From the NCBI RefSeq assembly GCF_020745735.1, contig NC_083416.1:79943131-80007130 (forward strand): 64,000 nt of DNA, given 5' to 3'. The stretch comes from Hemiscyllium ocellatum (taxonomy: Eukaryota). Below are positions 46,991 to 59,928 of this stretch, one piece after another. The translations under genes and the position numbers were made by a program. Under the pieces are notes generated by a model. That model ran no database searches, had not been told where the DNA came from, and saw only the letters and a list, made by a program, of their open reading frames with translations. The number at the start of each line of letters is the position of its first letter. Within the stretch, counting starts at the first letter, position 1.

Positions 46991-49900
46991 CTTGATGAAT
47001 AATTACGTATTATGTTTTCAAGTATAGAGTCAGAGTCACTGGTATACAGCCAGGATTTTCAAATTGATATTGGAATACTTATTGCATAAGTTTCTCATTC
47101 CTGTTGCCATCCTGCCAGGGGTTGCATAATAGTTATCCTTGTTTCATAATCTAATTGTTTTCTGCTTTGAAAGTATTCCTTTACCTGGACGTTATTATAA
47201 TTTTTGTTTCTCACCCCCATCACCCCCCCAGCCCCCCAACAATCCTTTTAATGTTTCTGATTTTGATAACTGCTGTTCAAAAGTTTCAGAAGGCCAATAT
47301 TCTAACGGTATCGAAAACGATTTATTTTGAACAGCTTGTATTTCTCTTCTCTTTGAAAACCGGAGGGCAGCTTCATACCAACGCATTGCAGGGAAGAAGA
47401 CATTAATTTTGGACTTGAGAGTGCTCTGTGAAACAGTGATCAGAGAAGAAGATGTTATTTTTTGCAATCATACGCGTTAAGGTGTAACTGTGGTTAATTT
47501 CACAGAATTCTTACCAGATTATCCCTCCAACGTCTTTCCATAGTGCGCAATACGCTCGATGCTCTGCATGGCTTGTTTATCTTTTGATGAGGGCTCATGT
47601 GTTGGCCTTTCCTCCCCCACACAGCATATCTGGCGATAGTTCACAATTAATCACTTTCGAATCTCGGAGGAATATTTCAGCTAGCCTCGAATTTAGAAAA
47701 TTTAAATCATAATCCAAAGCTTCTAAACATAAAATGCAAGCTGCATGTCGCGGTCGTTCAAATGGCGAGATATACTGTTCGTGATGCCCAGCTCTGGAAA
47801 ACAAAAATACTTAGCATGCGTTAAAAAGGAAATCCTATTTTTGATCTCATGTATATTAAACCGTTCCTATGACACTATTTCAAAGAATACTAGAGTGTCC
47901 TTGTCACTATTCATCCCGAAATCTGTAAAACGCTGATTAACTTTCTCTTGCCTCGTAGCTGTTTGTGACATGGTAGAATCATAGAACCGGGTATTACAGA
48001 AGAGGCCATTCAGCCATCGAGTCTATCCAGCCAAAAAATAAATACTCGCTCCACTTTCCAGTAATAGGCCTGAACTTTGAATGTTACGATACTTCAAGTG
48101 TTCATCGAAGTAGTTTTCAATGTTGTGAGATTACCGTCGAAAGTTAACCTCGCAAGCAATTGATGTCAAAATTCGTCACACCACCATGTTATTTTCATTT
48201 GAATGGTTCGGCCTGAGTCGAAAAGCTCTTTTACGGACTCTGAATCAGAGAAATGTATTGTGAAATCACAATTTCTTCTCTGCTTTAACTATTGTTTGAT
48301 GTTATCAAGTGGTTAATGCTTTGGACGTTATTAGTATTTTCCGGTTAACGTTCACGTATTAATAAAATAGTTTGGAAATTGATATTGAGAAGGTGAATGT
48401 TTCATGTCCGCACCACAAGAAGCAGTATTTCCGAGTTTACAACCACAGTGTCCCTTATCTGCAATGCAGACCGACCACCGTTTTAGAGATATGTTTATTG
48501 TATCTATCAATGTCTTCCTGTCGGCTTACTGATTCTTTCAGCAGGCTGCTCTTCTGTTAAGCGAACTGAAAATGGAAGAACTGTTACATTGCTCACAGAG
48601 AGTCTGGGCAAACGTAGCGACACTGTATAATAAGTCCGGGATATTTAACATAGTACAGATTATTTTCATCGAATAATCGAAATTAAAGAATTCAGACTTT
48701 GTGCTCTCATGATTTTGACTGTTTGGTGGCACATAAATTTAGACAGTCAGGAACCGATATGCACTGCACTTCAAAAGCCTAATCTGAGATAAATCGTGGA
48801 AATTTCCTTTCCAGATTCCACGATACACAACCTTAAGCTTGTTAGACGAAAGTCTTGATGCTACTCAATTGTCGTTACACATGTGTTGTGTTGCTCCTGT
48901 CGTCGAGGACTCAGGAATAAAGCTGTGCATCGTGGAATTTGAATTAAAAAAAGGTTCCACGATTTACTTCATCACGGCGGGAGGGCCATTGATGAAGTAG
49001 CAGATGGTCAGTACTGACAATTATTGTGATGGCCTCTTGCCGATTTTTCCCGGGGTGAAAATGTTTGACGCATTTCATTTAATTTTGTTCCAGCGTTCAC
49101 TGAATTTCACTTGAGGATCTCTTTTACGTAATCGCGACTGTTTTCAGTTTCCATATAGATTCTTCGTTCTATATTCGGAGGACATCTATATTTCGTTGCT
49201 ATCAATCAGGACAGTTTATTCATCTCACCTTTTGAATGACGAACGCTCGGTCAGATTTAAATATTAGTTGTAAAGTTTAGCAGAGGGAGTGATGCTTGCA
49301 GAATCCTCACTCTGTACCACGCATAGATTTGCCAATGAAAAACTGTTGCTTAGTCCCACGACTGATGACAGATTCCATTCCCCTGATCCTGAATTATAGG
49401 TAGACCAACAGGGTGGGAGTTGGCTGGGTTGTGCTGCTTGTTTGAACAGAGTCAATCGAGACAATTTTTCACATAGATGTTAGCAGTGTAGACGGCCTAA
49501 GGAAATTAAGGCCAGGGTGCATATTGTTAAAACGAAATATAGATGTCCTCCATGCCAGCTGAGGGTTTTGTCTGGTGCAAAATCGGTCACGTGTCCAGTG
49601 TGCAGTTTTATTACGGAGTGTCACAAAGAGAGAATGCAATGTGTAAAATCTTGTCCTGGGCAGGAGTAGTGAGTTCAGGAAGATTAGTGAGCAAACTTTA
49701 ATTACTTACTGAATGGCTTTCTCGCTGCTCATCATGGAGAATGGAAAATAAATGAAAGAGAAATATTTTACTTAAATATCGCACCTTCATTTTTCCAAGT
49801 TTTTCAAAATCTTTAGAGCAAAACACACAGTTTTGTTCATTTTGGGAGACATTTATTGCTCGTCCCTAGTTGCCCTTGAGAAGGTGGTGGTGAACTACCT

Positions 49901-50683
49901 TCTTGAACTGCTGCAGTCCATGCACTGTATCATTAAGAACAGAATTTCATGATTTTGACCCAGCGACTGTGTTTGGCGACGTATTTCCAAACGTGGAAAA
50001 TGAGAGCCTTGGAGAAAAACATGCAGGCCGTGGTGTCCCCAAATATCTGCTGTACTGGCCTATATGATGGAGGTTGGCGTGGGCTTGGAAGAGGCTGTAT
50101 AGGGATCTAAGACGAATTTCTGATGAGTAATTGAAGTTGCAAGCAGGAAGCACTGTAGTCGATTTGTGCTCACTCAGGCCCCGAAACCACCCATAAGGAT
50201 AATGGACAGAGTGTTCAGTGCATGTGATGCTGTTTGAATAATTGACCCCCACTATCTAGGGTTGCATTTGGCACGATTTATTTTAGTGCGAGGGGAGGGG
50301 GGCATGGGGGCGCAATTTGTCTGAAGATCTAAACTGTCTTGCCATTTCGCAAAATCTTCAAGTTTTAGCTTCACCGAGCTTATAGCTCATTCGAAGTCTG
50401 CTAATGCAACTGGTGGATTTACACAGAGAGCATATTAATTCAGGTTTTCTAATCTGAATTAATGGTAATGTATGGACGTGAGTAATTTAAAAGGCCTACA
50501 GATTGTGAAGCTACATATTGTGCTGTTTTAAATATTTACTGCTGTTGCCCCATATTATCAAATTAGTACTGATACTTTAATTCATCGATCTTTGTTAAGA
50601 TAGGAAGGCAAACAGCTCAAATGATCCACTGTACCAGGCACTCCATCCAATTTTGACTAGTCAATTGAGTCAAGTTCAATCGG

Positions 50684-50928
50684 ATGGTAATCCAAGATGG
50701 AGGGCTGAAGAAAATTCAGGCTGTAGCAGGATGCTCATTTTTTGAAGTATTTTACTTGTTACAGATGATTCCCTCAAATTGCAGGTGCAGGAACTGGTGT
50801 TTTATGTGCTGTTGCGTTACGTTGGAACTTTGCGGAAAAAAAAGATGTCAAAGCAACAGCACTTTTAAAAGGGAGAAGGACAGACAAAGGCGGCACATGG
50901 TGAGGTTAATGCGGGGGAGGGGGGAGTG

Positions 50929-50960
<32 letters not shown>

Positions 50961-53900
50961 AAGCCAACACTGCCAACTGACACAGCAGTGAATCTGCGCA
51001 GGTACTGCCTTTGCTGTTTGAATTCATGTATCGCTGGACATTGGAATGCATCTCAGAAAATTAACAAATAGTGCAATTCACAACTAATCTTTGAGGAACC
51101 TGTTTGGGAGAGGTCACAGCACAGAAAAGGACAAGTGAATATTTTTCAGTGTGGCCTACAGAACATCTGCAGCAGTGAGTGGAGTCGGTTTTTTTCTTGA
51201 TTGTATTTTTTTTAGATATGTCTCTTGATTAAACTTAAAATATAAGCCACAAGTATTAAGTTAACCTTGAGCAGTATGTTGTCAAGGAATAAGACAATGC
51301 TACTTTCTGGGTCTGTAGACTAGAAGAAGCAAATATGGCCTTTAGTAGAGTGATATGCTCTTCCTGTAAGGTGTGGGAGTTTAGGAAGAGTTTACGTGTG
51401 AGTGAAGATTATATCTGCAATAAATGCCATTGTCTGAGTATCTTGTCAGATCGAATGATAAGTTGGAGAGACAGTTAGAAGGAATGAGGATTTCACAAGA
51501 GCAGGAGGATGTGATGAATGGCAGGTATAGGAAGGTTAAATTTTGCAGATACAGTCACATAGGTGGATTAACTCAAGGAAAGGTAAGAGAGGTAATGCAG
51601 GAGTCTTCTGTGGCTATCACCATTTCAAACCAGTATGCTGTTTTGGAAAATGTAGGGGGTGATGGATTCTCAGGGGAATGTGGCACGAACAGCCAGGTTT
51701 GTGGTATCGAGACTCGCTCTATTGCAATGAGGAGCACGTCGCAGTTCAAAAAGATCCGTTGGATTAGGGTACTCTCTCGTTTGAGGCACAGATAGACGTT
51801 TCTGTGGCCATCAGTGAAAAAAACAGATTGGTGGAATTCCTTCCTGATGTCAGGATCAAGAATGTCTCAGAGAGGGTGCAGAATGTTCTCAACAGTGAGA
51901 GAGAACAGCTGGAGGTCATTGTACACTTGGAACCGATGACATAGGAAGGCAAAAGGACGAGATTCTGAACGGAGAACGTAGAGAGTTAGGCAGGAATTTT
52001 TAAAAAAAGGAGATCCACGAGAGTAGTAACACTGGATTTCGCCTGGTGTTGCGAGCTACTGAGGGTAGGAAGATGAGGACAGAGCAGATGAGTGGATTGC
52101 TGAGGAGCTGGTGCATGGGAGAAAGACACATTTTTGGATCATTGGAATATACTGGCAGGGAGATTTGCCATAGCTTCTTAGGACGATTTAAAATATTAAG
52201 ATGGGGAGTGGGGCCGAGGCAGATAGTGAGGAAAGAGATCATCCAGAGACTGGTACAGTTGAGAAAAGAAGCGAGTCAAACAGTCAGGGCTGGCAGGGAC
52301 GAAACAGAGACCAAGGTAAAATTGATAATTAAATTGCATTTATTTCAATGAAAGCGCCTAACAGGGAAAGCAGATGCACTCACGGCATGGTTAAGAACTT
52401 GGGAATGGGATATCATAGCAATTACAGAAATATGGCTCAGGGATGGAAAGGACTGTCAGCTTAATGTTCCACGATACAAATGCTACAGGATGGACAGAAA
52501 GCGTGGCAAGTGAGGAAGGGTTGTGGCATTTTTCATAAGGGATAGCATTACAGTTGTACTGAGGGAGGGTATTCCTGGAAATACATCTAGGAAACGTATT
52601 TGGGTTGAAGTGAGAAATAAGAAACGGATGATTACCTGTTTGGAATTGTATTGTAGAACCCCTAATAGTCAGAGGGAAACTGAGAAACAGATGTGTAAGG
52701 ATATTTCAGTTATCTGTACGAATAATAGGGTGGCTATAGTAGGGGATTTTAACTTTCCAAACATAAATTGGGACTGCAATAGTGTTAACGGTTTAGATGG
52801 GGAAGAGTTTATTAAGTATATACAAGAAAAGTGTCTAATTCAATAAGTGGATGTACTTCTTGGAGAAGGTGCAAAACTTGAACTAATCTTGGGAAATAAG
52901 GCAGGGCAGGTGACTGAGGTGTCAATGGGGGAGTACTTTGGGGTCAGCGACCATAATTGTATAGTTTAAAGTAGCGATGGAAAAGGATAGACCAGATCTA
53001 AAAGTTAAAGTTCTAAATTGGAGAAAGGGTAATTTTGACAATATTTGGCAAGAACTTTCAAAAGATGATTACAGGCAGATGATAGAGAGAAACGGCCGAC
53101 TGTGAAATGGGAAGGCTTCAGAAATGAGATAATTGGAGTCTAGATACAGTACATTCCTATAAGGGTGAAAGGAAAGGCTGGTAGGTATAAGGAGTGGTGG
53201 ATGACGAAAGAAATTAATGTTTTGCTTCAGAAAAAGAAGGGAGCATATTTCTGGTATAGGCAAGACAGATCAAATGAATACTTGGAAGAGTATAAAGGCA
53301 GTTGGAGTATATTTAAGAGGGAAAGAGGCAATGCAAAAAGTGGACATGAGATAGCTTTGGTAATAGTGTTAAAGAGAATCCAAACAGTTTTACAAATATA
53401 TTAAGGACAAAAGGGCAACAACTGAGCGAATGGGACCCCTCAAAGATCAGCAAGGCTGCGTTTGTGTGGAACCGCAGGAGATGGGGGTGATACTGAATGA
53501 ATATTTTGCATCAGTTTTTACTGTGGAAAAGGACGTGAAAAGTAGAGAATGCAAGCCAATACATGTTGATATCTTGGAAAATATCCATATTACAGAGGAG
53601 GAGATGCTGGATTTCTTGAAATGTATAAAAGTGGGTAAATCCACAGGACCTGATGAGGTGTAGCCTAGAACTCTGTGGGAAGCTAGGGAAGTGATTGCTG
53701 GGCCTCTTATGGAGATATTTGTATAATCAATAGTCACTGTTGAGGTGCCAGAAGACTGGAGGTTGGCAAACGTGATGCCACTGTTTAAGAAAGGTGGTAA
53801 GGACAAGCCAGGGAGCTATAGACCATTGAGCTGATGTCGGTGTTGTGCAAGTTGTTGGACACAATCCTGAGGGATAGGCTGTACATGTATTTGGAAAGGC

Positions 53901-55186
53901 AAGGACTGATTAGGGATAGTCAACATGGCTTTGTGCGTGGGAAATCATGTCTCACAAACTTGATTGACTTTTTTTTGACGAAGTAACAAGGAGGATTCAT
54001 GAGGGCAGTGTGGTTGATGTGATCTATACAGATTTCAGTAAGACGTTCGACAAGGTTCCCCATGGGAGAGGGGAGTACAAGGTTAGATCTCATGGAATAC
54101 AGGGAGAACTAGCCATTTGGATACAGAACTGGCTAAAAGGAAGTTGTTTTTCAGACTGAAGGTCTGTGACCAGTGGAGTGCCACAAGGATTTGTGTTGGG
54201 TCCACTAATTTTCATCACATATAAATGATTTGGATGTGAGCATCAGAGTTATAGTTAGTAAGTTTGCTGATGACAGAAAAATTGGAGATGTAGTGAACAG
54301 CAAAGAAGGTTACCTCAGATTACAACGGGATCTTGATCAGATGGTCCAAGGGGCTGAGAAAAGGCAGATGGAGCTTAATTTAGATAAATGTGAGGTGCTG
54401 CATTTTGGGAAAGCAATTCTTAGCACGACTTATATACGTAATGGTAAGGTCCTAGGGAGTGATGCTGAGCAAAGAGACCTTGGAGTGCAGGCTCATAGCA
54501 TCTTGAAAGTGGAGTCGCAGGGAGACAGGATAATGAAGACGGCGTTCGGTATGCTTTCTCTTTATTGGTCAGAGTATTGAGTACAGTAGTTGGGAGGTCA
54601 TGTTGCGCCTGTACAGGACATTGGTTAGGCTACTGTAGGATTATTGCGTGGAATTCTGGTCTCCTTCTTATTGGAAAGTTGTTGTGAAACTTGAAAGAAT
54701 TCAGAAAAGATTTGCAAGAACGTCGGCAGGATTGGAGGATTTGAGCTATATGGAGAGGTTGAATAAGCTGGGGCTGTTTTCCCTAGAATGTTGGCGGCTG
54801 AGGGGTGACCTTATAGAGGTTTACAAAATCATGAGGGGCATGAATAGGATAAATAGACAAAGTCTTTTCCCTGGGTTGGGGAATGCTAGAACTAGAGCGT
54901 ATAGGTTTAAGGTGAGATGGGAAAGATATAAAAGAGTCCTAAGGGGTAACGTTTTCATGCAGAGGATGGTACCTGTATGGGATGAGCTGCCAGAGTAAGT
55001 GGTGGAGGCTAGCACAATTGCAACATTGAAAAAACTCTGTATGGCTATATCAAAAGGAAAGTTTGGCGGGATATGGGTCAGGTACTGGCAGGTGGGACTT
55101 GATTGGGTTGGGATATCTGGTCGACCATGGATGAGTTGGACCAAAGGGTCAGTTTCCGTGCTGTACATCTCTATGGCTCTATGACT
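50684..55186 (+). mobile_element. Near full-length degenerate CR1 LINE (duplicate of 35131-39821)
   Basis: Same motifs, tail and shared lesions (e.g. GAGGTGTAG stop at 53661, matching 38326). Confidence 0.9.
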
Positions 55187-55664
55187 AAGTGAAACTGAAT
55201 CACAATATGCTGTATGTTACTGGGAATATTGACATGATTACAGTAGGTATTTATTATCCTGGACGATCATGGATTACTTGGAATATAACAGCAAATGTTA
55301 GAGAAACACAGTAGGTCTGGCAGCCTCGTGCAAAGAAAACAATCAACATTCTTCTGAACTCGACCCATTAATTGTTTTCTCTCCACAAATGCTACCAGGT
55401 CTGCTAAATTTTCGGATTTTTTTTGTTTCAATTCTCTAGCATGCATAGTTCTTCATTTTGCTTTGCTTATTAATTGGAAATACGATTCTAAGAAGAATCA
55501 GCCTTTCTGCTGCAAAAGAACTTCATACCAATTTTGCAAAGAATACGAAAAGAAAACCATGCTCTTATTTGTGTTTCTAAAGGATTCTGGATTTGCATGT
55601 GTACCGTCCTTTCATTTCATGCAGAAGCAATAAATCTTGAAACAATATATCATTCAGGACTATT

Positions 55665-55711
55665 GTTGCAGTTATTGTTTGAGGCTGCTCGTGTCGCTGT
55701 CTACCAATCAG
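55665..55711 (+). promoter_or_regulatory. Orphan CSE/CTCF site upstream of Pcdh relic C
   Basis: TGCAG 55667, CGCT 55695, CCAAT 55704. Confidence 0.82.
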
Positions 55712-55966
55712 AAGCTGAAACGCTGCTCTGCATCTGCAGTGCCTCATTCTCCAGCTAAAGCACCACAGCGAAAAAGCGACAAGACCAACAGTGACTGCCT
55801 GTGTACCGTGCAGCCATGAACTGCCAATCTCCTCGCGTCTGTGTTTCGCTTACTTCCTCTCTTCCATATTGAAGTAATGACATGCATCCGTACCATTGTC
55901 CTGTAAGAGACAAGATAAGGTCATCGATTTGCCGCTCGATTTTACAGTAACGTCCACCTGAGAACA

Positions 55967-56180
55967 ATGGCAATTATGAGCGGGCCTGTGTCGGACCTCT
56001 ACGGGACTAGCCCTTTGATCGATTCCCGAACAGCAGGAACACAAACCCTTTGTTGAGAATATCGCTGAGTATTTGAGACCAAGTATGTGGGAATTATCCA
56101 CGCGGACATCTCGGCTGGTCTTTGATGAAAGACGTTAGTACATTGAGGTTAATTTGGAAATTTGAGTTGTATTTGTTAAT
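55967..56180 (+). pseudogene. Protocadherin 5' relic C
   Basis: Reads SIPEQQEHKPFVENIAEYLRPSMWELSTRTSRLVFDERR*YIEVNLEI*VVFVN. Confidence 0.85.
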
Positions 56181-56189
56181 TAATCGCTG

Positions 56190-56489
56190 AGAGTCGCAAT
56201 GGGGAGACATTTGTGTGGATGTGATAGCAGTCAGAAATCTAATGCTCTGGAGACGTGGGTTCGAATCCCACTGCGGGAGGTGAGTTTTGAATTTAAAGTT
56301 GATGTGAAGTGAGAGCTGGCCTGACGGTAGGTTGATGTACAAACCCATTCCTAGAGGGGTGGCAAACTACTGATCACAGCTGCTGCATGTGATACCAGAC
56401 GTACAGGAATATGGTTAGCAATTTATATGGATGGGCCAATAAATGCTTACCAAGCTGATGAAGTCCTCGTCCAGCAAAGCAACAAAAAA
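56190..56489 (+). mobile_element. tRNA-derived SINE abutting relic C
   Basis: B-box GGTTCGAATCC 56258-56268; duplicate of the unit A copy. Confidence 0.7.
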
Positions 56490-59459
56490 TGCAGATTGAG
56501 CCTAGAGTCCTAAAGTTGCTGCAGTAGGAAAGAGAGACAGTGTGTCTGTTTCGGGCATCAGACATTCAAATTCCTCAATATCTCGCCGATTGCCTTGCAT
56601 GTTACGACGTCCACGTGTTCATCTAAATAGTTGTCTTTTGAGGTTTCCTATTTCCACCACCGTTTAAGACAGTGAGGTCGATATGTCCACAACTCCCTCG
56701 TTGAAGAAGAAAAATCCTTAAATCAGTTCTAAATATCCTGACCCTTATGTTGATATTACGTCGTTTTGATTATTGACCCCTCTAAATAGGGGAAAAGTTT
56801 CTCTCTCCCTTGGCTTTTATTGTCCCTCGGAACGTTGTACCACTCAATCTCAATGCCCCTCATCCTACTCTGCGGTAAGAGAATCAATCACAGTTTACCT
56901 CTTCTTTTTTCGTTGCTGCATCACTGCAGTCAAGACAACACGCTCCCTTATTTAATCACATCCTTCGTACGTTGCAACCAGAATTGCACAATGCATCTCC
57001 CCTGACCAAACTCACGTTGCAATCAGATCAAACCTTGCTCTTGCATTCAGACAGATCGACCAGAGGACAGAGTTATGCAGCGCTGTATCCGTTCTCTTTC
57101 TTTGTTAATACAAGTGGATAATTATTAGAAAATACTCCTTGCTGCATTGCGAATATTATATGTAGTCGATTTCCAAATGAAGATTTCAGTTGTAGCCCAG
57201 ACATTCAATTTGCTTGATGAAAGATCACAAGACCAGATGCCGGTCCTAACACAGTCAATGCTTCCTAGATGTTTCTTAAAAGATGGGTTGGAGTCTGTGA
57301 CTGGGAGTGGTATTTTATCTAATCTCCATAATTAGTCGAATGGAGATGTAATTTAAAGTCTGTGATATCATTACTTGAATGGCATGAAATTGCAAAGTGT
57401 CGATGTATAAACAGATCTGGGTATCCTCATCAATGTGTCACTGAAGTCTAACATACAGGTGAAGCAATCTCCTACGAAGTCTAAACAAATATTAATCTTC
57501 ATTTCAAGAGGATTTGTTTTATAGATAATCGAGTACTGGTTCAATTTTATAGAAGGTAGCTTCCATGGCAAAGGCAGTACTGTGTAAAATATTGACACAG
57601 AGGGAGTACAGCACAGGTTCATCAGACTTGTTCCTCTGATGGCGTGACTGTCCTGTGAAGAACATTGGGCAAATTGAAGGTGTATTCCCTAGGATTTAGA
57701 AGAAGTGATCTCATTGAAACCTGCAGCATAATTAAAGGGAAGGAGAAAACAGATTTAGATTTTGTTTGGATTTTATTGTCACGTGCACTCAAAAACAAAT
57801 GCATCCAAGTATATTGATAAGTTTTCACTGTCGCCACACACAATGGTCCGTATCTCGATACAAAACATTGAGAATAAGTTGAAATGAAATAAGGAACAAA
57901 GGTAAAATTTAAATATTACAGTCACTACATTACAGACGCAGAAGAGATTATTCCCTTGGTTGGGGATCCTAGTCCTACCACGGCAATTAATAATAAGGAA
58001 TGCCCACGCTGGACGAGGATGAGGAGATCTTTTGATGAAATACTTGCAAACCCTTGGAAATCCCAACACAGAGTGCTGTAGAAGCTCAATCTTCAAGGAT
58101 GGTTTAACTATGCTTTAAACATATTTTGCTAGTTTTCTAGCTACCAACGGGGTAGAGATTTGTGGGGATAAATGATGAAAGACGTTAAAGTGTTAGATTA
58201 CTCATGATCGCGTTAAATAACTTGACAGCCTGGCAGGCTGAATGACCGACTCCTGTTTCCATGTTTCTGGGTCCGATTACTGAAAATGTAACATTGGGCG
58301 TGCTGTGCGGTCCATGGACTGCATTCTCTTTTGAAAACTCTTCTATTGTAATCTGCTACCAGTGGCCTCATCTTCGATGTTCACGTTGTCCATCATTGAG
58401 GCCGATCGTTGCGACGTTACATCCATATGTCGGTCTACTTTCTTCCTTCGAATTCTTAGAACAAACCCATCATTTAAACCATTTAGGATTCGTCACTCAT
58501 CTTAACAGATTTGTTTTCGTTTCAAAAGCTATTACTTCCCCTTGTGCGTTTTTATGATGATGGAATGAGATCCTCACATTCTAACTCTTTTTCTCTGTTT
58601 CCATCCAACTCATCTTTTCATTCTTAACCTCACCAATATAAACAGTACCCACGCCGCACTTCAACATCTGCAGCTTCATGAGCATGTTTCATAACTCGCA
58701 TTAACTTTTGCGATGTTAAAGCATACTTTTCCTTAATCAAGTGAATTATTTTCAAAAGCAGATTGAGGTATAGAACAATCGAATTCGGTGATACTTCAAT
58801 CTTGGAGCTATTCAGTTTGGCGTCGGTCTAGATATCGGGGCAATCTTTGCAGTGTTTAATGACTATATAGTGAGATTTGAGATGCTTCAAAACGTAACTC
58901 ACTAAAAGACTGCAAGCACCAACGATTTTGGTCGATGTGATGATGTTCAGTTTGTTCTGCTTATCGAAGAATGTGAAAGGGCATATAGTTGCCTATCTCA
59001 TTCTTACCATGTAACCGCATGGGTTAATTAGTTTCTCGTAATACAGACGTACAGGCATTTTCTTAGTTTCAACAGAATGCTAACAGAATATCTAAATTTT
59101 GGAGCAGCGCACCTAATTATTGGGCATATACTTTCTTAGAAACGGTCAGGGTGCGGCAGTTTGATTCTGGACGAGGGGTAATAGGTTCACCAGAAGTGTA
59201 TTCCAGTAACATTCAAAACGAGGTAGCGTAGGTGAAAAGAACCGCATAAACTGATTTGTGAATATTCCTGAGGGAGAGAAAAAAAAATCTGTTTCCAACG
59301 TAGCGATTACTATCAGTGTTATTTAACAAAAGAAAATTGGCGTCTCGGAAATATTGTTAACTTTTTGAAGTACTAGCGATATCTAAACACTTTTAGAATC
59401 ATTCACTCGTATGAGACGCCTAGAAATACTTGTAAATTTCGTACCCTACGATTTATTAA

Positions 59460-59539
59460 AATTACGCCATGGAATGACAAGATTACAACTAAACATGAAC
59501 AATTACGCCGTGGAATGACAAGATAACAACTAAACCTGA
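59460..59539 (+). repeat. 41-bp direct tandem duplication upstream of the gene 5 promoter
   Basis: ATTACGCCRTGGAATGACAAGATWACAACTAAAC at 59461 and 59502; single copy in unit B (~44114). Confidence 0.85.
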
Positions 59540-59685
59540 TGACGAGAATGATGTGATTGTCAAATGGCTCGGCAATCCGATACAGCACATTGAAATTGCC
59601 ATTTCTGAAATGCCATTTGTCTAGATATTTTTAATTGTACACCCATAATTTGACAAGACCACTGAAGGGTCTAGCTTTAAGAGTA

Positions 59686-59732
59686 GTTGCAGTTATTGGG
59701 CGAAACTCTTCGTGTCGCTGTCGACCAATAAG
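59686..59732 (+). promoter_or_regulatory. CSE/CTCF site plus CCAAT, gene 5 promoter
   Basis: TGCAG 59688, CGCT 59716, CCAAT 59725. Confidence 0.88.
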
Positions 59733-59928
59733 AATTCGAAACGTTGGAAGAGATCGACCGCCTCCTCCTTCACAAACAGAACCATACGGGCAGTCTAGTG
59801 TCTGCGTTGCTCGTGTGCGGTCACGGTCAGAAAAGCTCTCCAGGTGATATCCTTATTGTTGCTCATTTCAAAAATAGGATATTGATATACAGTTAGTTAT
59901 TTTTTTCTGTTAGAATTGACGCATCAGT

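Larger units (their letters stand above)
39822..55186 (+). repeat. Tandem segmental duplication unit B (~15.4 kb)
   Basis: Colinear with unit A over its full length. Confidence 0.95.
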
